DNA of 63,244 nucleotides, the filler included, from Choristocarpus tenellus KU-1152 (taxonomy: Eukaryota; Protista; Phaeophyceae), in assembly GCA_964200185.2 (NCBI GenBank). It is 13 parts of 13 records of this genome, joined end to end, with 100 filler letters (N's around TTAATTAATTAA, not from the genome) between each part and the next. Parts side by side here need not be neighbours in the genome. Positions count along the whole stretch, not along the records: positions 25,158 to 28,668 come from CAXNAD020019536.1; positions 28,769 to 38,108 come from CAXNAD020003761.1; 11 more parts are not named here. One strand, given 5' to 3'. Positions 25,366 to 38,208 of the stretch are shown here, in pieces. Within the stretch, counting starts at the first letter, position 1, and each line of letters begins with the position of its first letter. Both the position numbers and the translations under genes were made by a program. The notes beneath the pieces were generated by a model. That model was not told the DNA's origin. It ran no database searches and was given only the letters and a program-made list of their open reading frames with translations.

Positions 25366-25519
25366 TAACAATCCCCTCCTTGCCCATCTCCCTGGTGTCT
25401 CCAGCTGAAAACGCATGACACGTCTAGATAGGGCTGCTTTTGTTGTGACTGAGTCTATTTGGCGTAGATGGGATTTGGCAGTCCCTTTTCTGCTGTAGCC
25501 TCCTGTCTCTCTCCCCCCT

Positions 25520-26640
25520 ACCGTGTGCGTGGCTAGCTATAGACGAACATATTGTAACTTGTAATCTTGATCTTAGTACAGAGTGTAATGGGGATCGCTG
25601 GGGGGATGTGGGAGAGTTTTACTGTATTTTAATACTGGAATGTGCTTAATGTGAACGGTGTGATTCCTTGCTGGCATGGCCAAGTCAGGCAAGTGTAGCG
25701 AAGAGAATCACCCACCAAGACAGATTGGACGTGCCAAGACGAGCCACAACCGAGAGGAGGAGGTTAGATTGGACATGTCCAAGTGTGAGGAGTGGAGAGG
25801 TTCTCCTGATAGTGTGCGTCATCAAAGTGACAGGACGCGACGTCAAAGGGGGGAATCCTTGACCCTTGGTATCTCTGAATGAAGACAAGCCCACCACACT
25901 AGAGACTGGTCTCTTGAAGCGATTCCATGGCCTCAGCCTCATGACAGATCCTCCCACTGGAATCCAGAATTCCTGCCAAGGAACCTCAAACGATAATGAC
26001 GGTATATATATTCGGCAATAATGGCATCATCCTATTTTAAATATTGGGTTGGACGAGGTGTTGATTCTGACGTGAAGCGCTGATTGTAGAGTCCTAGAGT
26101 CTTGTGGCAAGAAGTGACCCAGTGCACTGAAGCACTGATGGGATTCAATGCGATCGAGTCCAGTGGTGTGCTCTGCAGGGGGACTTTGTAGGTACTTTAA
26201 AGCACAGCATTAAGAGTGTCGCAGTGTAGGATAGTGATGCATACTCTGAGCAAAGGATTGATACCTTTTGATGAAGGCTGTGAATGTATTTACTCTGAAC
26301 ATATCTCACTCAGGTCTGCATCGATGTACACTTGAAATCAGAGAGTTAAAAAGAAAACGAGAGGTAACCAGAGTTGTACTTTAAGGATGCTGAAATGTAC
26401 AAAATCCAAGTTGTGGTACAGATTCTTATGTCCCTTGGAAACTTCTTGAACAATAAAGAGATCAACGCCCTCAGGTCAATCTTAGCGCACTTCATCCATA
26501 GGAATAACATTGAATTGTGGAAGATGAAAGAAGTGGGCTTCAAATGCAGAACGCCTGAAATCTGAGCACCTCCCGCATACTTTGACTCAGGGTGTGGTCG
26601 AGCTCTCACAAGGGGTCGACACCTTCAAAATATCGAATAA
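25520..26640 (-). mobile_element. Highly decayed LTR retrotransposon interior, probably Copia
   Basis: Lies directly upstream of the family Y PPT on the same strand. Weak traces AKIDLRA (cf. KLDPRA) and TTLVTSRF (cf. ..I.SR.V.F). Confidence 0.35.
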
Positions 26641-27657
26641 GATAGCAGGGTTATCTGTCCTCCTATAAAACAAAAAGAGTCCAGTCTAAGTCGTAGTCAA
26701 CACGTATATGTTGCATGGGTGGTGACATATACTGAGCTTGCAAGGTGGATACAGACTACCCAGCGATAGAAACAAAAGGATAATCTACGACCATACAGAG
26801 TGAAATGGTAAGATATTATCATCATACACGATGCAGGTCTGTACGCAGTCTGTGTGAATACTCACACACTGAGGAAATATTACTAGAAGAACGGTTGAAC
26901 GGTTGTCAATGGGTATAATACTGAACTGCATCTCTCTGTATCACGGGGAGAGTGGCTTATGTCTATCAACAATGACAACATAGTACCGTGGTATCTGCAT
27001 TATTCTAATTATTATCACTATTATCTCTTATCGTTTTGTTACGTTTTGATCAATCATTTTATTATTATGCCTTCTGACATTTTCCAGATGTGTCATTTTA
27101 TCATTATTGTAATCCCATAAAATCATCATTGACATTCGCTCATTACTGGTGTGGAAATTTCTGTATCACCTTCACCCTACCTAGTCCTCAATCCAGGAAC
27201 AGAATCGTAGTGCACAAAGCACTCTCACTATTATTTCTACCCTTTCGAAAACGAAGTGTTGCACCGCAAATCATTTCAGTCCCATACGTTCGTTGATGTT
27301 TCTCGTGCGTTGGGTTCAATCCCGCCGTTGGTCCCTCATCTCTTCCCTCAGATCTGGTACGCACTCATCTCGTCCGCAATGAATCTTCTCCGCTACAATA
27401 CAGATTTTCCATGTGCCTTTTCGTAGTTTAGCGTGAGATGGTAACGTATAGGTATGTGTGCCTCACGAATACTCTTGTTGTGTGGTTCATAAAAGGCAGA
27501 TTTTCTTGCGAGGAAGACGACCTTTCTTGAACAGGGTTTTAAACTCCGGCAATCACGTGACGGAAAGACGGAACACGGATAGACTTAACACCTGAAAGAC
27601 GTGTATGAGCTCAAGACAAAGAAAATGACATTATTTCGACATGTCCCCCCTTCTTCG

Positions 27658-27840
27658 GGGTCAAAGGATCTGGGGGAGGGGTGTCGGCGTCCGTTATTCA
27701 CCCTTCTTTTCTCGATTTTCACTTTTTCGGTGTGATTTGGTAGCACACGTTGGATTTGAAATGTCAGCAAGAAAAAGAGTTGTTTGGTCGAAACGGACGC
27801 CCCCTCACAATCCTCCCCCCCCTCCCAGATACTTTGACCC
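27658..27840. mobile_element. MITE with the same termini but a different interior (family C)
   Basis: GGGTCAAAGGATCTGGGGG / CCCAGATACTTTGACCC; 4-bp TSD TTCG. Confidence 0.82.
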
Positions 27841-28768
27841 TTCGATTATTGTTTATTAATCTCAGCTACTGATTGAAATGAAATATATCAGATACACAAT
27901 ACCATAAGAACGACGAAATTGGAATCCAAAACACCAACTTCTGAGGGGTGTTGGTACACGAACAACTTGCCCCCGCTGATGTTGCGATGTGACCCGTTTG
28001 GAGTTCTAACTTCGTGGATATTTTTTTTGAGACGCGCATTGTGAGTGTGTACAAAGGCCCTCCATACCCCGTATGCAACCACTGTTTGTTCACATGTTCA
28101 GCGCACCGTGTTGTAGAATCCCGTTCACAGCATGCCTGTATCAAGAACTGATACACTTTCCTTGCAGCTCAGCCTCGCGGCTGTGAAGCGAATAACCAGT
28201 CAGCTAAGCCACTTCACTATCTCTGTGGTTCCAGTCTCCGTTCAACAAATTCTATGCAAAAGAGAACTACTCAAGTAGAGTATTCTGCTTTGTGTTGTAT
28301 GGATATGTTTATTAGCGGAGTGAGCACAGCCCTCGGTGGTGGGGGGTTCTCTCTCTTATTATCTTATTGTTTCTTACATATATCAGCTGACACATCAAAA
28401 ATTGTCCTGCCGTTGCATCGTACTATGTCACTCATCTTGTGTAGCTAGTACTAAGACAGAACTCCTCCAACAGTCCATATATATCAAGTAATAAGAAACC
28501 GAACATCTGAGACTTGAACTCATTACTTTATGCTCATGAACACAAGTCAATGACAGTTGTTCCACTTAGCCAACATTCCTGTTGTCTAGTAGTGTTCACT
28601 ACACACGTATAAACCATATAGACTATCAGCCTATATTGCACACTCCCCCATGAGCGTGCAGCAAAGTTNNNNNNNNNNNNNNNNNNNNNNNNNNNNNNNN
28701 NNNNNNNNNNNNTTAATTAATTAANNNNNNNNNNNNNNNNNNNNNNNNNNNNNNNNNNNNNNNNNNNN

Positions 28769-31700
28769 GGCCCTCTGCCGTGCCAAGAGTCGTTCCTCTT
28801 CCATCTCGATTTGCCTATTCCTGCTGCGCTTGACCCACTCTGCTGCACTGCCCACTTCCTCTCCCTCCTTCACCTCCCCCAACCTTTCACCCTGCATGTC
28901 CCATGGGTTTGGGAAGGAGGGGGGGGAGGGGAAGACCACTTGTTTTGTGGGAAAATATTGGTACATATTATTATATGCCATTTAAATTGGGTATCACAAA
29001 CACACAAATCACTGCAATAAAAAAAAGCAAAATGTGCGGTTCAAACTGAAACGCCTCACATTGACAAAACGAAATGTCTTGAATAACATAACACCCGTCT
29101 TAGAAAAAAAGGAGCAAAACAGCAAGGGTCCTTACAGAGGCCCACACAGCAGGGTCGCATACACGTGTGCGTTGCATCATACTGTAGGGCAGAACAACAA
29201 ACAGTACCATGACTCCTTCAAACCTAACAACTGTCTGACCTCTCACTCCTAGCAGTGATAACTCCAGCACAACACAGCATTTAATATCGAGTCATCATTC
29301 TACTGGAAATATTGACTCCTACTCACAATATTACATTAAAAAAGAAAATGTTTCGGATGGGGGGTATTGTTACACTTTTTTCTACGGGGGCCTTACCACA
29401 GAGAGATTATAGTAAAAAGAATGGGTATAGGAGCAATAAAAAAACCACAGGCCTCAGACAAAAACATACCAACAACACTTAGCGTTGACATTTCAGATTG
29501 GTTGCAATTGCTGTTGAACACCATCTAACATTTTCTTGCCTTCAGCTTCTCATTGAGCTGTCTCTTTATCCGAGCCCTGTTAAGGCGTGTTTCCAGGTCC
29601 CTCAGCTCCTTGGCCTTATCATCCTCTTCTCTCTTCCGTCTCATGTTTTCCACGGCTATCTGACAGGGATGTACACATGTTGGTGTAGGTGAAACACTAA
29701 ATCAGTGAATGGGTGGAAAATAAAAATGTACGCATGTGCCTCCGTGAACAGAATTGGAAAATAATCAACACGATTGGGATTCAAAAGTTCTCTTAACGAA
29801 AAAATATATATCTGAACAGGGCGTATCATCTCGATGGTCTCCACATGGAAAATGCTCTGAACTGCATGCACCCCATTAATAAAATTTCGATGCCCCCACA
29901 CTGTGACCATCCTTGGACAGCACCAACAACGGTTCAATTTCCTCCTTTTTGGGCTACTAGTAGTACGGGGTAATCTCTTCAAACAAAACAAAAAATGGTT
30001 AACAGATGCACCGACTGTTTTGATTCGGAATTCTCACCACATCCCACGATAGGGTCAATTCATAAGATAATACTACCTAGTAAACAAATACACACACACA
30101 CACATATATACAAATAAATACATGTGAAAGTGTATGGCCATACTTCTACTTTACTTCAGCTTCAACAGCTTTAAGATGGTGTGCAAGGAGGAGGAAGCTG
30201 TTAAGACACTCAGAGAGAGTTTGACATCCAGTTGAGGTTGGGAATCACTCAGAGATGGATGAAAATCACTGCCACGAATTGATGTAATGATGGTGCGGGG
30301 GGGGGCAAGTGAGGACCGAATTTCAGGATCTTGGGAGCAGCAAGCAAGGAAGCAACACAAACATCCTGTTTGTTTTGGGAAAAAATTCCGGCAAGTCAGC
30401 ACAATAAAACAATGCCCCTCACTTCTTGCAATGCAGAGTACCTCATTTACACGTCTATAACAAGAGGGTTCAATACTAATCGTGCGTCAAGACTATAATT
30501 CCTCTCTAGGATTTCTCAGTTCAATAACATTTCTACACTGTAACTGTTCAATAATAATTCCTATCTTCAAGACAACCACGATGAGTAACATTGCAGGGGT
30601 TGGGAGGGATGGTTCCACAAAAAAAATTATGGGCTGAATGAACAAACCACAAGTTTAATGCACACTCCGGCAGCAAGTCGACAACTCCCCCATCCCGCCA
30701 ACCCACCCCCATGAACCCAGAACAGCCTGAACACACTCTGGCTCTACACACTCAACCACTAACCTCCTCCTGAGTAGGCTTGCTGTTTGACCCCCCAACG
30801 TTGAGTGGTTTCAGACCAAGCATTAACCTGACCCTGTTGGTCTCCTCCACAGACATACTGTAACACAGCAGGACGCACCACAGGAACAAAGACCAATCAG
30901 CACATCTACTGAGGGTAGCATGGTCATAGACTAGGTGGCAGGTTGTGTGCAGCCACCACCTCAGTATTGGCAAAACGAGAGGGCATCTATTGTTTCATTA
31001 AGGTTTGGAGCACTCTTTTGTTCAGAGATCTGGAAAGAAGAGCACTCACTCTCAGTCTTCTCCTACACAGAGAAGTCAACTTACAATGCCATTGAAAAAC
31101 AGAAATTTTGACTCAACCCCTTGACCCAACCATGTCTTCAACTCCAGCATAATGTGAGCTCAGAACATCGTGGACAAACGAAGCTCCGCGTTGACATCAA
31201 AAGTGAGACATGTAGGCTGTAAATTCACACCCAGGACAGTGTAACCCTAACCTTAACACAATATTTTGGCAGTACACACAATAAAGCATTTTCAGACATC
31301 AGAAGATACAGGACAACTGACCTCGAACATTGTACTAGTGACAGGCACTGCAGAGCAAGCTGGTCCTAAAGCTGTCCTGGTCTACTGACGTTACAGACCG
31401 AACATGGCCAAATACACTAGCGTTGGAAATGCAGCATGGGTACAGAAATAACTAACTGAGAACAGCAGGGGGGAGGGGGAGGGTAACATACTTCCTTGGG
31501 ACACATCAATTGTAGACATGCATTACATCTTCCTGATGGGGTCCAGGGTTCATAAGTGGAGTTTTCACAAGTCTCCATTATGACTGGAAGATATTCCCCC
31601 TATCATTGTCTTCCATCTTGATCAGTAGAGTCAAAATAAAATAGGTGGACTGCTCTCAATCCCCATCTATGACTAGCCGCACAATCTCCACAAAGTGTGA

Positions 31701-33148
31701 CATGCAAAATAGCAATAGGGGGAGACAGTGAATCCCAAAGATAGGGTTGCCCAACTTCTCTCAACCGGCCACCACAAAACGACTTTGGCAGGACAGAAGG
31801 CCTCCATACAAAATTCCATCAACAGAAAGATATACTTCTTCCTGAAAGCTCACCTAGACATGTAGGATCTCTAAAAAAAACACCACTGCAACTGCTATGC
31901 TACAGCCCAGAAGTATCCTCTTCGGACATAAACATGACTATCTCCAATGAAAGAGACAGAATATCCTCCCTTCACAAGAGAGGTCTCAGATCTTGTGCCT
32001 TTGTACCACCCCCTTCAATCTTGGGTGCAATGTGGTCTTCACTACTATGTGAAATGGGGCAGGTCATTCAAGGTATCATAAATACTAATCTCAATTATTT
32101 CCCCATTGCTACGCATGTATTCGCCCTGTCCATCTATGTTGATTCAGATTTATGCTACCAAAGCAATGCAACGATATAACACTGGGTCATGTTGAGATGT
32201 AAATCCAAAATTTAAAAAAATAACAAAGCAAAAAGTCCATGGAACTACACGTACCTGCCAGGTATGAGGTACGACTCCGATTGATGCCCTACCCTTACCT
32301 GATCTCACCCTGACTTTCAGCCACATTTGGCTTGATTCGCTCAATATCGACTTGGCTGGGAGAGACTACAGGGGGTGGCAGCTCGGTGATTGCCCCTTCC
32401 TCCTCTTCCTCTTCGTCCTCGCCATAGCCCATGGTAACGCCACGCTCCTGGCGAGGGAATGCGTTGCATGAGATAAATTCGCTGTCTCCAAGTATATTCC
32501 TGGATGTAGAGGATATTGGCGATTTGCCTGCAGTTCACGAGTATCGTGCTGCCGTCTTTCCTCTGTGGGTTACGCATTCCTTGCAACAATGAAAAGCATA
32601 AAGAACAGAAGGAGCTTCTGGGAAGGGTACACTGAGTCGACACAGTATATAATTGCTTGAGTAAGCACAACTGGGCACTAACAAAGAAACTAATTTGGAC
32701 TTGAACGAGAAGGTGATTTGAAGCCTTGGCGTCCCCAGCCCACCTTGATACTGTCGACGTTTCGCTTTTTCTTTCCATCGTGATCTCTCCTATCATCTTC
32801 CCTACTCCCACTGCGATGGCGCTTCCGATTCCTCTCGTCGACATCTCGATCCCTTCCACCTTTATCCCTCTCCTTGTCCCTCCCTTTATCCCTCCACCCG
32901 ACGCCATTCTCCTCCCTGGAATCTTTGTGCTTCTCTCTATCCTTCGCGTCACGCCCCTTTCCCTGGTGAGTCCGGTCTCTCTCCCTTCCTCTATCTCTGT
33001 CTCTATCTTTACCCCTTTCACCGTCCTTGTCCTTCTCTCTGTCCCGGTCCTTCCCACGGTCAGACTTGTCCCTATCCCTCTCCTTAACACGATCATACCC
33101 CCTATCCTTTCCACGCTCCACCTTATCCCTCCCCATGTTTGCGTGCAA
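28769..33148 (-). CDS. SART1: U4/U6.U5 tri-snRNP-associated protein 1 (SART1/Snu66), 5' part: exons 33148-32744, 32447-32299, 30857-30764, 29659-29540, 28891-28769 (runs into linker)
   Basis: RD/RE/K-rich N-terminus. The HIND motif GEIS|MSVEETNRVRLMLGLKPL spans exons 2-3, followed by ...RQLNEKLK|GERLGE...SAAEWVKRSR. All junctions are phase-compatible; intron 4 uses a GC donor. The start may be the second ATG (MGRDK, 33136). Confidence 0.9.
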
Positions 33149-33406
33149 AGCAAGGAACGCCTATGTCACCTTCCAAAACAATGGTGCACCACACAGACAC
33201 TAGCGTGGAGGTGAAGGGAGTTGTGAAAAGGGTGAAGTAAAGGTGTTTAGGTATTAGGGAAGTCAAAGTTAAACCTCCGATTTCCTAGGAAACATCTGAC
33301 GTACTCCAAATCAGCCTTGTCCATCGCCACTCGTTGATGGCTTAGGGTAACAGGGTGACCATAACCCCGACCACCACCCAGGGTTGAGTGTAGGCGTGTC
33401 TTCACC

Positions 33407-36053
33407 ATGAAGACACTGTTGACCACAAGGTATATTGACATCCTCGAAGGTGTGAAGGTCGAGGTGCAGTCGCGATGCATCAAGGTCATTGGCGAGCGCG
33501 GTGAGCTCACCCGCAACTTTAAGCACCTCCACATCGACATCCAGCCAGTGGGGACCCGTAAGCTGCGCGTGGACCTCTGGTTCGGCAACCGCAAGCAGGT
33601 GCATGTCGGCAAGGCGTTTCTCAGTTCTTCGTGTTATCGCTATTTCCTACTCTGTATCAAGAGTGCTGGTGCCTCTAAAATCTTGTTGGGCGTCTGATAA
33701 TCGATGGTTTTGACTTGATCGGAACGGAGAGGTGGAAGAGGTAGTGTCACTTCTTCTCACACACAAATACGTGGATGCAGCCTATGGATATATGAAGAGG
33801 CCCATATGATCTGCTATTGTCCTGGTCGTCTACCCGGGATGGCATGTGATTGTTACTTTCCTCCTGTATGGTTAACTTGGCATGAGAGGAAAACATGATA
33901 ATGTGTCTTAGTAGAGTGGGTAGAGATAAAGAGGATATGGAGTGGTCGTGCTTTTAAGTCAACATCAAATAGAATGGACAACTTATGGCAAGTTCGGATT
34001 AGTGCTTGTGGTTGGTTGTGTCTTTGCCTCGAAACGATGGTAGAAAAATACCGCACAACTTCATTCGATTGCTCAACCTGTCTTTGCAAGAAGCTCCTGT
34101 TTAAACATGACCTCCATCATTCGTGGGATTTTTGTGACCTTGTAGAGAACCTGAGCCCCAAAGTCGTCACATACCCACTCACCGTTCTTGTCCTTCACAG
34201 ATGGCCTGCATTCGCACAGTTTGCTCGCACATCATCAACATGATGACTGGTGTTACCAAGGGCTACCTGTACAAGATGCGCTTCTGTTACGCACATTTCC
34301 CCATCAACGTTTCTATCACAGGCCGCACGGTGGAAATCCGCAACTTCCTTGGAGAGAAGCGAGTTCGGAGGTGACCTCGTTGATCCTAATTTATACCCCC
34401 TACCTAACTGCCCTTCGAAAAAACCGTGAAGAAAAGTACGCACAACTTCATACAAATACAAAGTCCAATTGCTCTATATTTTTAGCACATCTCATCAGAT
34501 TAGGAATGCTCAGGATAGCCGTAGCACATCACCCTTTGATCCTTCGTTTCAGATGTAGACATATTTTCTCTGGTATACAAGGATTCGGTATGTCTCGTGA
34601 AAAGGAAAATGCCACCAAGGCAGGAAGAGATTTTTCATTGAGCGTGTGGGGTCTTCTCTGTGTACTCTTTCCACAATGACTGCTGTTCAACCTGACCGCC
34701 TCTTCTTTCGGCTTCCTCTTGATGGGACCTGGCATGTGCCATGATTTTAATTCATTGGAAATTCTGGATTGGCCTGGAATTTGCTTATTCCATGCGTTTT
34801 TCTTTGGGATTGTGTTGCCGGCTCTTACTTGGGGTGGGGGTGCCTGTGATTACTCAGGGTGGAGCTTGCTGATGGTGTGGACTATGTGCGTACTGCAGAT
34901 GTCAAGGACCAGATAGAGCTTAGCGGCAATGACATCCAAAATGTTTCCATGACAGGTAAGTGTGTTACAAATAGATTGCAAGAGTGTGAACTACAGATTC
35001 AGTTGCAATGCTTGGAAGAAGTGTGGTAGCTGTTGGCGTAAAATTCCTGGTATAGAGTATCAGGAGGTCTGAGTGTGTAACTGCTGCAACATTGAATTAT
35101 GCCTTTAAGGTACAGATTTACCATTTGCAAGCTCTTGTGTGCATCTCTATTTTGACCTTGATCATGGCCTTCATATCCACCCCTGTAGCTATAGCGTCAA
35201 GGGAAAATGTGTGCATCAATTCCAATGGTATTGATGACTGGAGGCCCTTGATGTCTGATACACAGAGGGTTGAGAGGTGATAGGTACACAGTGAGCTCCA
35301 TAACAGATTCTTGTCTTTCAGGTTAGAGTTAGCCTTGGCCTAGCACTCATGATGCATTACCTTGATCCTAGGACAATTGAGTGTGCTGTTTTCAGTATGA
35401 AATCGTATCTCTGACAATGCAAACAACTGCACCCTCCATCATACGCCTTTCACGTCAGAAATCGTATCATCTCAACTTAAACCCTATGATTTCACAAGTT
35501 GGACTTCAATGGAAAATTTTCTCTTTACATGGCTAAGAAGAGATATTTATGCTTGCCACTGTAATAGTATTTTCTGGAAGGAGCTAAGAGGCAGGTGTGC
35601 TCAGTCGAACAATAGTAGACCAGTCTTTACCTTGAATGCTGCACAAGGTCACCCTCATTACACTGCAACAACCTTCAGCTTGTTAACATCAGGTGTTCCA
35701 CCCGCCCAAGGCTCTCTTGGGCGCTGTTATCTTGCAGAACTTCATACCTTACAAAAAAAAAATATCTCCTTCCATACACACCCTACCCCCCAAAGCTCTT
35801 TTCACAATGCCCACTGGGGCTCACACTTGAAACATTATTTACAATTATTTAGTCAACATGTACGCTCTAGTTGTAGACATCATTAGTTCTGCAGCTCCTG
35901 ACAAGCACACCACCATGGTGGGCCCACCCCCTTGTTACCTCCCCTACAGCGGCCCGCCTCCAGCAGTCCACTTCTGTCAAGAGGAAGGATATCCGTAAGT
36001 TCCTGGATGGTATCTATGTCAGTGAAAAGGGTCATGTTGAAGTCGCTGAGTAG
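33407..36053 (+). CDS. RPL9: 60S ribosomal protein L9 (uL6), complete, 187 aa: exons 33407-33598, 34201-34370, 34858-34955, 35950-36053
   Basis: Spliced CDS of 564 nt including TAG. Motifs: [90 protein letters not shown]. Confidence 0.97.
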
Positions 36054-38208
36054 ATGCCTCATCTCCTCTGGGGTCTTGTGCTTGGACTTCCTCACCCTAA
36101 CCCTAGAACTGGAGTCACCTACTCAATGTTGTCGGTGGAGGTGACAACAGGGACCTGATTAGGATGACTTGTGTGTTTGCCTACAATTTATCGCGTGTAT
36201 TAGTTTGACAGCGTTGTGAGAATTGGAAGTACACCAAGTTTTTCTGTGGGACAAGAGTGGTTAGGGAGAGACAGCATGGAGTGGTGGTCATAAAATGGGA
36301 AACAGCTCAGCTCTGATGTATCTTTTTTCATCTGTGTGGTGCACAGTACTTTCTTTGCATAATCTTAATCTCTTCATTGCGGGGGAGGCTACAGAGGATT
36401 GGACTCTGGTTTGCTTGCTTCATTACTTCCATCACACATTTTGTTGTGTGTATTCCTACGCTGGTGCCACTTCCTTGAGCACCTCCTTTCGTTTGAGCGA
36501 CCTCGTCACAAACATTGGCACTCCTCATAATGTATGAGTACAGGAGTAATTTTTGCTTTGGAGTAACTGGTGCGGCTGCTGTTTTTTGTAACTAGTGTTC
36601 GCTGATGCCACACTCACAAAAAAGGGTAAGGATAAGTCAAATTTACACAACAATTTGCATGGAGTTGTGTCTCCCGATGGGCACTATTCCTGTAGTAAAC
36701 AATTGAGATATTGTTAGTCAATTTTTTTCTCAGTGTCATGCTTTTAAAAACAAAAAAAAGGAACAAGGATTGAGAAGATGAAAATATACTCCAGGTGCAG
36801 TGCAAAGATAACACTACTTGCACATACATTTTGTGCAAGCATACTGTCTGCTAAGCATTGCAAAAACGATGGATAGGCCAAGTACATCGATTTTATAATT
36901 TCTGGCTCCAATTTTGTGTTGTGTACAAAAGAAGCTACTGTACCCTGTCTGTCACTAATGCTTGTAAATAGGCAATGAACCCACTTCGGAATTTTGTTTG
37001 CTGGTTGTTGCCATAATATGCACCGAGTTGTGTAATAATTATCTCTAAAGCTCTTTATAGGACATTGTAGCCAAAGAGAGTAGCTAGGGGGTCTCGAATA
37101 TGTTTCTTTTTTTTTAATTAGTGATGTTCTGTTTGTATTATACGGACCGGATCATACTGGGTCAAACCTGCAATAGGAAGTTGAGCATGGAAGGGTACTC
37201 AACTGTTTAAGAGGGTTTAAACATCAGTCCAGAACCAACAGATATTTTTAACCTGACCAGGTTACAGATCAATATGCGACTCCATTAATAACTGCGTATT
37301 GTACCGGAGATAAGATGGTGTGGAGGCAGACAGACCAATCAGCTTTGTGAGAACAATACAGAAATCTACTAAATTTTGGGCAGAAGAATTTGCGGGTAGG
37401 CCTCCTATATTTGGACGGTCTTATCTTAACCAGGCCGGTCCGGGATTTATTTTGTTTTCCAGGGTCGTTAGATATTGTAACAGGAGGACCGAGTCGTGAA
37501 TGTTGCAGTATATGTATATAGGAGCCGTCCCTGCAGGGGAAAAAAAAATATCATAATACATTTATTTAGATTTATTTATTCAGTATCTAACGCAAAGTAA
37601 GGGATGTAATGTCTAAGGGTATTTCATCGCGCACATTTTCCTTATCTACACGCACGTATTTCAAGCCCTGCAAACTCCGGACGTTTTTGTGCAACATTAT
37701 TACAGAAGTTTTCACCTCTTTGAAGTTGCACTCACAAGTATAGTGTGTGATATAGTATCATAGTGTACCACTACCCAGTACATCATTCTTCTATGAATTT
37801 ATAAATGAACCAATGCCCCACCATGGGTGCACTTCTTATTAGGCGAAAAGCCATGGGTATGTAGCTTTGCACATACCCCGTCATTGATTGAGACTTTTTA
37901 GAGGTATTACTACATTGCCTACAGCGTGGTGCATATTTCAAGACGTCGACCTAGAAAAAAATAATGTGTGCTATGCACTGGGTAAGTGGAATATTTTATG
38001 GCACCCTATCATATACTGTTATAGTGAGTTCAATTTCAACAAAAAGCTCAACAATTTTACAACATTGCACAAAAATGGCTGGAGTCTGGCTCAAAGTATC
38101 TTGGGGGGNNNNNNNNNNNNNNNNNNNNNNNNNNNNNNNNNNNNNNNNNNNNTTAATTAATTAANNNNNNNNNNNNNNNNNNNNNNNNNNNNNNNNNNNN
38201 NNNNNNNN

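Noticed and set aside
32341-33214. 270-aa (-) and 162-aa (+) ORFs overlapping SART1 exon 1
   Set aside because: Shadow frames of a purine-rich RD/RE repeat exon; only the RD-rich frame splices to the HIND exon.
33599-35949. Intronic snoRNAs in RPL9 (hairpin plus ACA near 33857-33895; ATGATG...CTGA near 35349-35414)
   Set aside because: Boxes are incomplete or non-canonical and no rRNA guide could be identified by eye; an Infernal/snoscan search would be needed.
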